45,176 bases of DNA from Escherichia phage vB_EcoS-22664BS2: the sequence record NC_073324.1; one strand, 5' to 3'. Under the pieces are notes generated by a model. The model worked only from the letters and a program-made list of their open reading frames with translations. It was not told the DNA's origin and did not search any database. This document shows, one piece after another, positions 26,917 to 35,672 of the stretch. A program made the position numbers and the translations under genes. The stretch's first letter is position 1. Each line of letters starts with the position of its first letter.

Positions 26917-28902
26917 ATGTCAAGCGGATGCGGTGACGTTTTAAGCCTGGCGGATTTACAAACCGTCAAGAAACACCAAATTTTTGAAGCCGAGGTTATC
27001 ACCGGTAAATCCGGCGGGGTTGCTGGTGGCGCCGATATTGATTACGCGACCAACCCTGTTACCGGGCAGACCCAGAAGACGCTTCCTGCTGTGTTGCGTG
27101 ATGCCGGTTTTTCTCCCGTATCGTGGGACTTTTCCACCGGCGGTACGTTAACAGTTAATGGCCGCGACAAAGTGGTGTATGACCCCGTAAGCAAGACGTG
27201 GTACTCATATGCGGGTACGTTGCCGGTTGTTGTTCCCGCGAGTTTTAATCCAGTCGGTAACGCTAACTGGAAGCCGCAGACAGACCCAAATTTGCGTAAT
27301 GATTTGGCGTCAAGTACCGCCGGTTTAGGGGCTTCACTGGTGTCTTTTTCCAACGGTAACACCGTTGAAACATTATCTGACGCGGAAGGTGCCAAGAACA
27401 TAGGCAGTGGCGAAAGGAGTTTGCTTGCACGTAACAATGATATTAAGCATTCTGGCGACTTTTCTACCCTTCAAGCCGCGGTAGATGCGTCGTTAACTAA
27501 AAACGACTTAATTGTTTCTCCGGGTGAGTATACAGAAGCAATCACTCTGGGTAGTAAGCAGATAAAAGGTGTAGGTGGTGCTGCAATATTAAAACCATCG
27601 GCAAACTATGCAAATACTGTACAGGTTAATTTATCCACCCCGCACTGGCAGTTTCGACACAGCGGTGGTTTTGCCGTAGATGGTACAGGTACAACTGGGG
27701 CCGTAGGTATTAGTTTTGACCCGTCAGACCAATATTCCGGACGTCATAATTTTAGTGATTTATACATCCACAACATCAACAAGGCCATTCAGAAGCCTTC
27801 CGGGAACATCGGTAATACATGGAGAAATATTGGGGTATCTACGTGTGATTGGGGGTATTACGCGATTAGTGGCTCAGAGATGCATTGCGGGGCCGATACC
27901 CTCTACAATATCCACTTCGACGGCATCTCCACCTATGCCGTCTACCTAAACGGCACTGTCGATAACGGCGGGATAGGCGGATGGTGGCTTAAAGACTCCA
28001 TTATTGAGGCTTCCGGAGGCGGCGGGATATATTTAAAAAGCAAATCAGGTGACTGCCCTACATCTCCATGCGGGGTATCCAATGTATGGACGGAAGCGAT
28101 TGCAACATCATCGGCTGTTCAGGTAGACGGCGTGGCGCAAAAACCGCGAGTTCTCAAGTTGGTAGACACCGCGATATTCTTTGCTGAGTATTCTTATCTC
28201 AACAACATCGAGCTATCCAACTCCAACTTAGTAACTTATGGTTGCCGTTTTGACAACGCCGATGGTAATCAGGATATTGTAGTGGATGCACAAAGCACCA
28301 TCGTAGCCCACGACGTGTATTTAAACGGCAGCTCTGGAAAGGACGTTATTGTAGAGTCTGTCGCGTCGCAATCCGCAACGATAGCCACTACAAACTTGTC
28401 TCTACGAGGAAATTTAACAAGGGGACGAGTGTTTAATACGCCTACGGGGAATAAGTTAAAAGCTATCACATTTGACTCAGGTAGCCATAATTTTTCTGGT
28501 AGCGGTACCGTTAACGGTTCGACTGTATCTGACGGACTTCACGCCGCTACATGTACCGAATTTTCATTCCCTGGGTCCGGTTTATATGAAATGGTAGCGT
28601 CAAGAACGACACTTACATCCGGTAGATGGTACGTGTGGGGCGTCAACTCTCGCCTCCAATCAGGAACAGCAGATGTGAGTATAACGTCAGGTATTACTAT
28701 GGGTAGCGTTTATACTAAGTCTGGTGAGTGGATTAGCACATTTGGGGTGGGTAAAGCTTCCGCTAACGGTACTGTAGGTCTGTACGTCTCTACTGGGGGA
28801 GGTTCAGGTGCTGTTATCAGATTTAGTGACTTCTTCATCGCTGAGTTTACGACGCAGGCTCAGGCTTTAGCTTTCGCTAACTCCCGAATGTCGTTGGCTT
28901 AA
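26917..28902 (+). CDS. tailspike / tail fibre receptor-binding protein
   Basis: 661 aa; N-terminal anchor-like domain then Gly/Asn/Ser/Thr-rich repeats suggesting a beta-helix; last tail gene. Confidence 0.6.
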   Translation: MSSGCGDVLSLADLQTVKKHQIFEAEVITGKSGGVAGGADIDYATNPVTGQTQKTLPAVLRDAGFSPVSWDFSTGGTLTVNGRDKVVYDPVSKTWYSYAGTLPVVVPASFNPVGNANWKPQTDPNLRNDLASSTAGLGASLVSFSNGNTVETLSDAEGAKNIGSGERSLLARNNDIKHSGDFSTLQAAVDASLTKNDLIVSPGEYTEAITLGSKQIKGVGGAAILKPSANYANTVQVNLSTPHWQFRHSGGFAVDGTGTTGAVGISFDPSDQYSGRHNFSDLYIHNINKAIQKPSGNIGNTWRNIGVSTCDWGYYAISGSEMHCGADTLYNIHFDGISTYAVYLNGTVDNGGIGGWWLKDSIIEASGGGGIYLKSKSGDCPTSPCGVSNVWTEAIATSSAVQVDGVAQKPRVLKLVDTAIFFAEYSYLNNIELSNSNLVTYGCRFDNADGNQDIVVDAQSTIVAHDVYLNGSSGKDVIVESVASQSATIATTNLSLRGNLTRGRVFNTPTGNKLKAITFDSGSHNFSGSGTVNGSTVSDGLHAATCTEFSFPGSGLYEMVASRTTLTSGRWYVWGVNSRLQSGTADVSITSGITMGSVYTKSGEWISTFGVGKASANGTVGLYVSTGGGSGAVIRFSDFFIAEFTTQAQALAFANSRMSLA

Positions 28903-28905
28903 AAC

Positions 28906-28932
28906 TAAGGCCCCAAACGGGGCCTTTTCTCT
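28906..28932 (+). terminator. intrinsic terminator after tailspike
   Basis: AGGCCCC-AAAC-GGGGCCT hairpin plus TTTT. Confidence 0.6.
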
Positions 28933-29068
28933 ACTCTTCTGATAACTTCTCCAGTACAAACGCCAGTTGCGCATTAGCGGCGTCTCTTTGCTGACGTAGC
29001 CGCAGAACCTCTTCTTCGAGTTCCTTGATACGTTTTTGCAATGCCGGAATTGGGGCTATGATGTTCAT
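28931..29068 (-). CDS. small coiled-coil peptide (45 aa)
   Basis: Read by eye; ATGA-type overlap with upstream stop; MNIIAPIPALQKRIKELEEEVLRLRQQ. Confidence 0.25.
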   Translation of the reverse strand: MNIIAPIPALQKRIKELEEEVLRLRQQRDAANAQLAFVLEKLSEE

Positions 29069-29580
29069 CTGGTAAATTTCCTCGCAAGATACGTTATTTC
29101 TTCTTCACAAAGTTCATCAAGGTCGTTAGATACAAATCCTCTGGTGAATGTTTTGCTGAACTTTAATCCAGCTTTATCATTGTCGCCAGCGCACACCCAG
29201 TCATACGGCAAAAGTGACATTTGCTGCCGTAGGTCTGTTGATATATTTGACCCCAGTGCGCTTACAGCATTGAACCCGCAATTCATCAAGGCTACGGCTT
29301 TGAATATGCTTTCGGTAACAAATACCACCCCGCTTTCCGGCAAATACTCAAGCCCCCATAAACACGGCCTTGTTGTTCTGGTAAAGTACCGCGCGTCTTT
29401 AGGGTTTTTACAGTTCTTTTCGGCATGTGGTTTGTAATGCTGGTATCCGCGAAGCCTACCGTCAAACCCCCACAGGTAAAACGTAGCTACTCCAGGGGCT
29501 AAGACTACCTGGAGACGGTCAGCGTCAAACCCACGCGCCAGCAGATGAGCTTTAAGTAGAAACTCTTCGAAATCCATCAT
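29065..29580 (-). CDS. TOPRIM-domain protein (primase catalytic-domain-like)
   Basis: VFVTESIFKA (Glu) and VCAGDNDKAG (DxD) TOPRIM signatures. Confidence 0.5.
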   Translation of the reverse strand: MMDFEEFLLKAHLLARGFDADRLQVVLAPGVATFYLWGFDGRLRGYQHYKPHAEKNCKNPKDARYFTRTTRPCLWGLEYLPESGVVFVTESIFKAVALMNCGFNAVSALGSNISTDLRQQMSLLPYDWVCAGDNDKAGLKFSKTFTRGFVSNDLDELCEEEITYLARKFTR

Positions 29581-31001
29581 TTCTTACCTCGTCTCTTCAT
29601 GTAATTAAGCAACTCTTCCTGTACCGATTTCTTCTCGTCGGTACGCGCGGCGACAACCTCGTCCAGAGTGTCTTTAGCAACGATGTGATAAAGGAACACC
29701 GGGCGCTCGTGACCCGCCTGTTTCTGGCGGACTGGGCCTATGCGCTCAACAACCTGCAAATAGTGCTCAAGGTTCCAGCCTTGCGAGATGAACGCCAGAT
29801 GATGACCCCCGTCCTGTAAATTCAAACCATGCCCGGCTGACGCAGGATGCACGCATAAAATCTCGATTTCCCCACGGTTCCACGCTTCCATCTGCTTGTT
29901 CCCCCTAGCGCCTTTGGCGAACGCCTGTGCCTGTGGGAATCGCTTAAGGATACGCTCCAGTTCGTGTTTAAACTGATAGGCTACCAGCAACGGCGCACCC
30001 TGCAACTCCTCAACAATCGACTCGAGCGCATCCAGTTTCGTGTCGTGCACTTTCTCCCAGTCTTTGGTCGCTTCGCCATCCGGCCCTGACACATACACGG
30101 AACCAGATGCAATCTGCAAGCACTTTGAGGTCTTCGCCGCAGCGTTAGCCGCTTCAACTTCCCCGCTCTCCAGTTCTGCGAATAACTTCTCCTCCATATC
30201 TATGTACGCCTGACGCGCTTTCTTCGGCAGGTCTATTTCCACCGGTACGATAACAGGCGCTTCACAACCAAACCACTCGGCAGGGTCTATGGTCAGGCTG
30301 ATGTCTTTCATCTTCTGATGAATCTCATTATCCGCACCCGGTCGTGCATGATACTCGCGGGCCATAGCCGATTTACCTTTCTGTACCGAGTTAAACCAGC
30401 GGTCGGTGAATGCTGTGTACGAAGAGCCGAGGCGCTCGCCAGCGTCGATAAACCAGTTCTGACCCCACAAGTCTTTGAGGCCGTTTGGTGACGGTGTGCC
30501 TGTCAGGTTGATGAAACGCTTAACCTTTCCGAACGCAACCTTGCTGAGCGCCTTTGCCCGCTTGCTACCACCCGAACGGCTGCGGAACGATTTAAGCTTC
30601 GTGCTTTCATCGGCAACGATAACCGTAAAAGGCCAGTCGTCTTTGCCGTAGTAGTCAATTAGCCACTCGATAACTTCGTAGTTAGTGCACACCACGTTAG
30701 CATCTGACTCCAGCGCTGCGATGCGGCGCTTCTCCGAACCAGTTGCATCTACGACACGCAGACAAGGGAATTGCCATTTCTCTTGTTCAGCGGGCCACGT
30801 ACCGGACGCAACACGTAACGGGGCAAGGATTAACACGCGGTCCTCTTCCGTAAGCTGCCCGTTGCGGAACAGGCGGTTGAGCACCCACATAGTGGAGGAG
30901 GTTTTACCTCCCCCCATTCCGCACCAGATATTACAGCGCGGGTGTTGCAGCATGAACGAGGTCATGAGCTTCTGGTACTCGCGTCTTTGAAACTTAGACA
31001 T
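29577..31001 (-). CDS. SNF2-like superfamily 2 helicase
   Basis: Walker A GMGGGKT, motif II VIVADEST; ATG at codon 42 of track ORF. Confidence 0.65.
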   Translation of the reverse strand: MSKFQRREYQKLMTSFMLQHPRCNIWCGMGGGKTSSTMWVLNRLFRNGQLTEEDRVLILAPLRVASGTWPAEQEKWQFPCLRVVDATGSEKRRIAALESDANVVCTNYEVIEWLIDYYGKDDWPFTVIVADESTKLKSFRSRSGGSKRAKALSKVAFGKVKRFINLTGTPSPNGLKDLWGQNWFIDAGERLGSSYTAFTDRWFNSVQKGKSAMAREYHARPGADNEIHQKMKDISLTIDPAEWFGCEAPVIVPVEIDLPKKARQAYIDMEEKLFAELESGEVEAANAAAKTSKCLQIASGSVYVSGPDGEATKDWEKVHDTKLDALESIVEELQGAPLLVAYQFKHELERILKRFPQAQAFAKGARGNKQMEAWNRGEIEILCVHPASAGHGLNLQDGGHHLAFISQGWNLEHYLQVVERIGPVRQKQAGHERPVFLYHIVAKDTLDEVVAARTDEKKSVQEELLNYMKRRGKK

Positions 31002-31677
31002 GATTAGCCTCGTAAACTGCTTTTGCGAAACCCCGAGGAGTAAGGCTGCGGATTGTTTTTGTCCGCACTGATTTACCGCCAAGTTTGTTGTGCTGGTCAG
31101 AATACCCATCACCCACGGCAACACCTGACTTAACCGGCATTACGAAACCATTACCCGTCCAAAGACATGTCTTTTTAGGGTACGCGTCTCGGGGTTTTAT
31201 GTATTCAGGGAACATTGGATGCGTATCGTCTTCCGGTAGATAGCCGCCGTATTCGTAAGGATTGAACACATAATCGGGCTTACGCCACAAAGACGAGAGG
31301 ACGCTAACTGGGTTCTCAATCATATAAGGTACGTTATACCTTTTAGCCAGGCGTGCCGCCACTTTGCATGTGATAACAGCCTCTACCTGAAACGTTGGGT
31401 TCTTCTTACGCTTCGTTTCGAAATGCGCCGCACCACTAACGGCTAAATCTGTGCAAGGAGGGAACGCAAAAATAATATCTGGCGAAACCTCGAAGTCGAA
31501 CTTATTATCAATCCACGCGTTTATATAGTGGATGTTCTCGTGTTCAACTTTTGCGCCCAATCGCGCGTAGTCGCCGTGGTCGGCACCGTCGTAGTTGAAA
31601 CAATAGCAAGTATGGCCCGCTTCTGCCCACGGTCGGGCCATAAGGCCCGAACCGTCAAACAATGACCAGACAATCAT
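30994..31677 (-). CDS. compact DNA C5-cytosine methyltransferase-like protein (227 aa)
   Basis: Motif I FDGSG, motif IV FPPC, motif VI ENP in canonical order; too short for a full target-recognition domain. Confidence 0.55.
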   Translation of the reverse strand: MIVWSLFDGSGLMARPWAEAGHTCYCFNYDGADHGDYARLGAKVEHENIHYINAWIDNKFDFEVSPDIIFAFPPCTDLAVSGAAHFETKRKKNPTFQVEAVITCKVAARLAKRYNVPYMIENPVSVLSSLWRKPDYVFNPYEYGGYLPEDDTHPMFPEYIKPRDAYPKKTCLWTGNGFVMPVKSGVAVGDGYSDQHNKLGGKSVRTKTIRSLTPRGFAKAVYEANHV

Positions 31678-31865
31678 TTTGCCACCAGCACCAGCTCTTT
31701 ACGCCCGAACGCCGTAACGTTACCAGTTACATCTTCGATAACCAGTTTACCGTTCGACTCGACGAACACCGTATCAACGGCAACAGGGCGACGTGTCTTA
31801 ACGTTGAAAATCATGTCGCCAGGTACGATGTCACGTGCTGGTTTACGGTCATATTCGTGTTTCAT
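31674..31865 (-). CDS. hypothetical protein
   Basis: ORF track; own promoter and AAGGA RBS. Confidence 0.45.
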   Translation of the reverse strand: MKHEYDRKPARDIVPGDMIFNVKTRRPVAVDTVFVESNGKLVIEDVTGNVTAFGRKELVLVAK

Positions 31866-31895
31866 TTCTCAATTCCTTATATTGTTGGTGTAAGG

Positions 31896-32180
31896 CTAAC
31901 TATAATAGTTCGCTATTAGGTCGTCAACCTGTTTAAACGAACCAACGACAAAAACATTTGCACCGCGTTTACGGAATCTTTCATGCTCGCGTAACTGGTG
32001 GGGGTCAGGCTTCGTGTTTTCGTCTTTCTTAATCTCGACGAACCAGATGATACCGCCGGGGAGAATTACCAGCAGGTCCATGGCGGCTCGCCGGCCTTCA
32101 AATGCCATCTTGCGAACGAGGCCACCAATGGCCTCGAATCGCTCTTTTGCGTATTTCTGAATCTTGCCTTCCGGGGTCAT
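31896..32180 (-). CDS. VRR-NUC nuclease
   Basis: DLLVILPGG...FVEIKK pattern (PD-(D/E)XK core). Confidence 0.6.
   Translation of the reverse strand: MTPEGKIQKYAKERFEAIGGLVRKMAFEGRRAAMDLLVILPGGIIWFVEIKKDENTKPDPHQLREHERFRKRGANVFVVGSFKQVDDLIANYYS
31899..31927 (-). promoter_or_regulatory. sigma70-like promoter (TTGACG-N17-TATAGT)
   Basis: Conserved promoter family; lies in the 3' end of the upstream gene. Confidence 0.45.
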
Positions 32181-32333
32181 GAGCGCAGAACCCAGGTTAT
32201 AAACGCTCCTCCGAGAACGGCAACGCCAACAAACTTAAAGAACAGGCCGTAACAGAACATCGCAGCTATTCCCGCGCCGAGTAACAGTGCGAGCATGGTT
32301 ACTATGGTCCTAAATACAAACATTGTCATAATA
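32181..32333 (-). CDS. small membrane peptide (50 aa)
   Basis: Read by eye; hydrophobic; stop overlaps downstream ATG. Confidence 0.3.
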
Positions 32334-32411
32334 CACACCCCTCACGTTTCGTATGCTCAATCCCGCAGCGCGGACAGATTCGGCAGTCTTCTTCGTATAA
32401 CCAGTAAATTT

Positions 32412-32543
32412 TCATTCCAGCACCCACAGATAAATTGCTACTAACATACCCAATACGGCGACCATCATGCCGTATTGGCCCTCGTGACAATAGACACCGG
32501 CGGCGAATCCCGCCAGTACCGCGATAATCAGTTTACTTAGCAT
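32412..32543 (-). CDS. small membrane peptide (43 aa)
   Basis: Read by eye; hydrophobic; overlaps 3' end of polymerase gene. Confidence 0.3.
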   Translation of the reverse strand: MLSKLIIAVLAGFAAGVYCHEGQYGMMVAVLGMLVAIYLWVLE

Positions 32544-34713
32544 AACGCTTCATCTCCGCACCTTCTGCTACAAGAGGGAACCCCTCAGCCCATTCCGGTA
32601 ATTCGCACATCAACCGCTCAAGCTCTGCAACATTGTATTCTGGTAAATCTGGTGTCTCGCAGATAATCTCATCGTGTACGTGAAGCACAATCGGGTATCC
32701 GTTTGCTTCTACGTTCAGCAGGGCGTTAGCCAGCAAATCACGGCACAGCGCCTGAGTGCAGTTTTCCACCAGTTTACCGGAGTAGGTATACTGGAAGCCC
32801 CACTGCCTGGTTAACTGGTTTTCGCCCTGGTACTTGATGCGCACGTTAGTAGACACCTTCCCGTCTTCGTCTGTCTCTTTTGATACACTTAAACCAACGC
32901 CCGGGTAAGACATAACGCGGCCCGACGGCAACGTCATGCGCAACCACCAGCCCGCGACTTTGTTGCCGTTGGTGTCTGTTTCTACGTTACGCGAAAACTT
33001 AACGCCCCGCGGCCCTGCGGTGAACTCTTTACCTGGGTTGCGGATAGCCGCCATAGCTGCATCTTCAATATCTCGCCAGAAAGCTACTGTTTCCGGGTGA
33101 GACTCGCGCCACATGCGCTTGATAGCGTCACAGGTACGCCACACTTTCTTATCAAGAATATATGATGGTCGGTCATCCTTTTCACCTGGACGTGGTGGTC
33201 GCTTGGCTTCCTGAATACGCGCCCACTCATATCCACGTGCGGTAGCGGCCCATATATGGTCCGGGAAAGTACCGTCCATTGTTTTAGCCATATCAACCAG
33301 GTCAAGGCCGAGGTTTTTAGCGAACTGAACGAAAGCACCGACACCGCCCGCGTATCCGAGGCCCAATTCGCAGGCTTTACCAATCTGGCGTAAGTCTTTA
33401 CGTTCTTTCTTAATGTAATCCGGCTCCATGCCAAACATCTTACCTGCTGTTACGCAGTAAATATCCAGTCCGGCGCGGAACGTATCTAGCGCGGTTTCTT
33501 CGCCTGCCAGCCACGCAAGCCCGCGACCCTCAACGTTAGAGTAATCGGCGACGACAAACTTATGCCCAGCTTCCGGTATAATGCAGCTACGAACGGTAGA
33601 TGCCGTCAGCTTGGCTACGTCAAATCGGCGGTGCGCCCGGCCCTTAAGTAACGCTGAAATGCCTTTATCCAGTTCATCATCGTGATAGTACCCACGCGCC
33701 AGGTTCTGTGGCTGGAAGCCTTTACCCGCGAACCGTAACGTACGCTTTGCCCCACCGTACTGGATACAACCGCGGCGTCGGTCGTCCGACGAGCGGCCTA
33801 ACAGCAGCGGGTTATATTTCGTGGACGCTGTTGACGCGGCCCCGAGGCGCATTTCGATAATCATCCGGGCGTCGTCCGGTAAATCATCATCTGCCAACAG
33901 GTCGTTAAGCGTCGACTTCTGTGCATTGTGTATGCGGTGCGCGGGCGCAAGTTCACGCAGAATCGGAAGGAAGTCTTTACCGGTAAGCGAGCCGCCGTAT
34001 TTACGTTGAGCTTCTTCCTGTAACTGTGCCTTGTGCTTCTCTACGGCTTCAATCGCGGCTTCCGCCAGTGCGACGTCAACCTTAAATCCGCGGTCGTTGA
34101 TTAACTGGTCAAGTTCCAGTACACGGTCTTCGAACTCGGAGTTACCCCAACGCGGCAGCTTATGGAAGACTTCACGCATCGCAGTGATGTCGCTCACGGC
34201 GTACCTGATGAACATCGCCCACTCGTCAGGGTGCGTTTCAGCGGTATATCGGCGTATTTTGTAGTTCTTCGGTGTCGGTTTAGAGAAACGCTTAATCAGA
34301 GCCTTGCCGCGTTTATCTTTCGCGTTGTCTGCAGACACGCCCAGCACTTCGCACAGCGCATCAAGAGAACCCGGCAGCGCGTGACGGAACGCCCAAATCA
34401 TAGTATCAATGGTGTTACTTACCGGAATATCAAAGTCCCAGCAGTGTTTCATGATTAGGCGATCGAAAAGTCCACCGTTGTGCCACACCATCTTGATGCG
34501 GCTGTTGGGCTTAACAAGGCGGCGCAGTGCGCGGTGTAAATCCCCCGGCATGTCGCTGCCGTCGGTGCAATCCCATACCCGCACAGGTTCGTCGTCAAAA
34601 GCATATGTACAGATAAGCACTTCGGTTGACGGGTGTTCGGCGTAAGCGTAAGAACCGACTTTCTTCAAATCGGCTTCTGAGAATGTTTCAAAGTCTAAGA
34701 ACAGGTAACTCAT
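32533..34713 (-). CDS. family A DNA polymerase with 3'-5' exonuclease domain
   Basis: N-terminal Exo motif LDFETFS; 726 aa. Confidence 0.85.
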   Translation of the reverse strand: MSYLFLDFETFSEADLKKVGSYAYAEHPSTEVLICTYAFDDEPVRVWDCTDGSDMPGDLHRALRRLVKPNSRIKMVWHNGGLFDRLIMKHCWDFDIPVSNTIDTMIWAFRHALPGSLDALCEVLGVSADNAKDKRGKALIKRFSKPTPKNYKIRRYTAETHPDEWAMFIRYAVSDITAMREVFHKLPRWGNSEFEDRVLELDQLINDRGFKVDVALAEAAIEAVEKHKAQLQEEAQRKYGGSLTGKDFLPILRELAPAHRIHNAQKSTLNDLLADDDLPDDARMIIEMRLGAASTASTKYNPLLLGRSSDDRRRGCIQYGGAKRTLRFAGKGFQPQNLARGYYHDDELDKGISALLKGRAHRRFDVAKLTASTVRSCIIPEAGHKFVVADYSNVEGRGLAWLAGEETALDTFRAGLDIYCVTAGKMFGMEPDYIKKERKDLRQIGKACELGLGYAGGVGAFVQFAKNLGLDLVDMAKTMDGTFPDHIWAATARGYEWARIQEAKRPPRPGEKDDRPSYILDKKVWRTCDAIKRMWRESHPETVAFWRDIEDAAMAAIRNPGKEFTAGPRGVKFSRNVETDTNGNKVAGWWLRMTLPSGRVMSYPGVGLSVSKETDEDGKVSTNVRIKYQGENQLTRQWGFQYTYSGKLVENCTQALCRDLLANALLNVEANGYPIVLHVHDEIICETPDLPEYNVAELERLMCELPEWAEGFPLVAEGAEMKRYAK

Positions 34714-34727
34714 TATTTTTGACCCCT

Positions 34728-34753
34728 AGTAAAAAGGCCCAATGAAGGGCCTT
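34728..34753 (-). terminator. hairpin terminator/attenuator upstream of polymerase
   Basis: AAGGCCC...GGGCCTT hairpin followed by T-run on minus strand. Confidence 0.5.
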
Positions 34754-34772
34754 AGTTAAATTGATTCAGATA

Positions 34773-35399
34773 TTAGCGGCGGCGACGTTCGCGGCGCGGT
34801 GCTTCATCTTCTTCGTCGTCTTCCAGGTCATTGACGCTCGCAGCGACTTTAGAACCGCCGAACGCTTTGCCTTCGCCAACGTATTTAATCGCCAGCAGGT
34901 TAACGCCGAGGACTTTGTATTTCTGGCTGAACCAGATTTCAACGCTTACGTTAGCTAAGCATCCGCTGTAAACCTGTTCACCTTCAATCTGTTCACCGTC
35001 TACATTGAAGTCCTGTTCTACCTGAGTCTCACCTTTTTTAGAGGTTACAATCAGCGGCTGCTTCTGTGCCTTCGCTTTGAAGTAGAAGCCTTCCGGGAAG
35101 TCTTCAAACGGATTGTCACGCTCGGCAATGTCTTTAATCGCACATTTATCCATGTGCTTACCTTCGCCGTAGTTGGACTTCATCCACTTCTCGGCGGCGG
35201 CTGCACCTAACGCTTCTTCAACTACAGCGTAAACGGTGTCGTAGAGCGCGTCGATTTGCGCGTGGTCGGACGGCAGGATAATAGTCGCGCTGTACTGACC
35301 TTTAGTGATTGAACCATCATCATTTTCACGGTCTTTTTCGCGTTCGAATACGTTAACCCAAGCAGTGTTTACTTTACGCAGATTTAATTTCAGTCCCAT
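34773..35399 (-). CDS. putative ssDNA-binding protein (call from gene context only)
   Basis: Between RecB-like nuclease and polymerase; acidic DDEEDE stretch near C-terminus. Confidence 0.4.
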   Translation of the reverse strand: MGLKLNLRKVNTAWVNVFEREKDRENDDGSITKGQYSATIILPSDHAQIDALYDTVYAVVEEALGAAAAEKWMKSNYGEGKHMDKCAIKDIAERDNPFEDFPEGFYFKAKAQKQPLIVTSKKGETQVEQDFNVDGEQIEGEQVYSGCLANVSVEIWFSQKYKVLGVNLLAIKYVGEGKAFGGSKVAASVNDLEDDEEDEAPRRERRRR

Positions 35400-35454
35400 T
35401 TCTCGATTCCTCAGTTTTCAGTTTACTCCGGGAGCTGCCCGGCCAGTGATTAGA

Positions 35455-35483
35455 ACTATAATAGCTAACTATTCAGGTGTCAA
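35455..35483 (-). promoter_or_regulatory. sigma70-like promoter (TTGACA-N17-TATAGT)
   Basis: Consensus -35, 17-nt spacer. Confidence 0.5.
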
Positions 35484-35672
35484 ATAAAATTTCGCAATAC
35501 GGGCTATGTTCTCGAAATCATTCATATCAACGGGTTCGAATTCATCCTCCACATGGTTGTATCGCACCATCGTGCCGTTCAGGAACGTAAACGATTCCGA
35601 ATGGATATAACCGCCCCAGCGCCATATCATCACAAAATCTTTATCTGTGGGCATTTCATTTACTTGAATCAT
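35469..35672 (-). CDS. hypothetical protein
   Basis: ORF track; start overlaps upstream stop. Confidence 0.4.
   Translation of the reverse strand: MIQVNEMPTDKDFVMIWRWGGYIHSESFTFLNGTMVRYNHVEDEFEPVDMNDFENIARIAKFYLTPE

Noticed and set aside
35520-35545. tRNA-like GGGTTCGAAT (T-arm-like) sequence
   Set aside because: It lies inside a coding region with no cloverleaf context; no convincing tRNA was found in any intergenic region.
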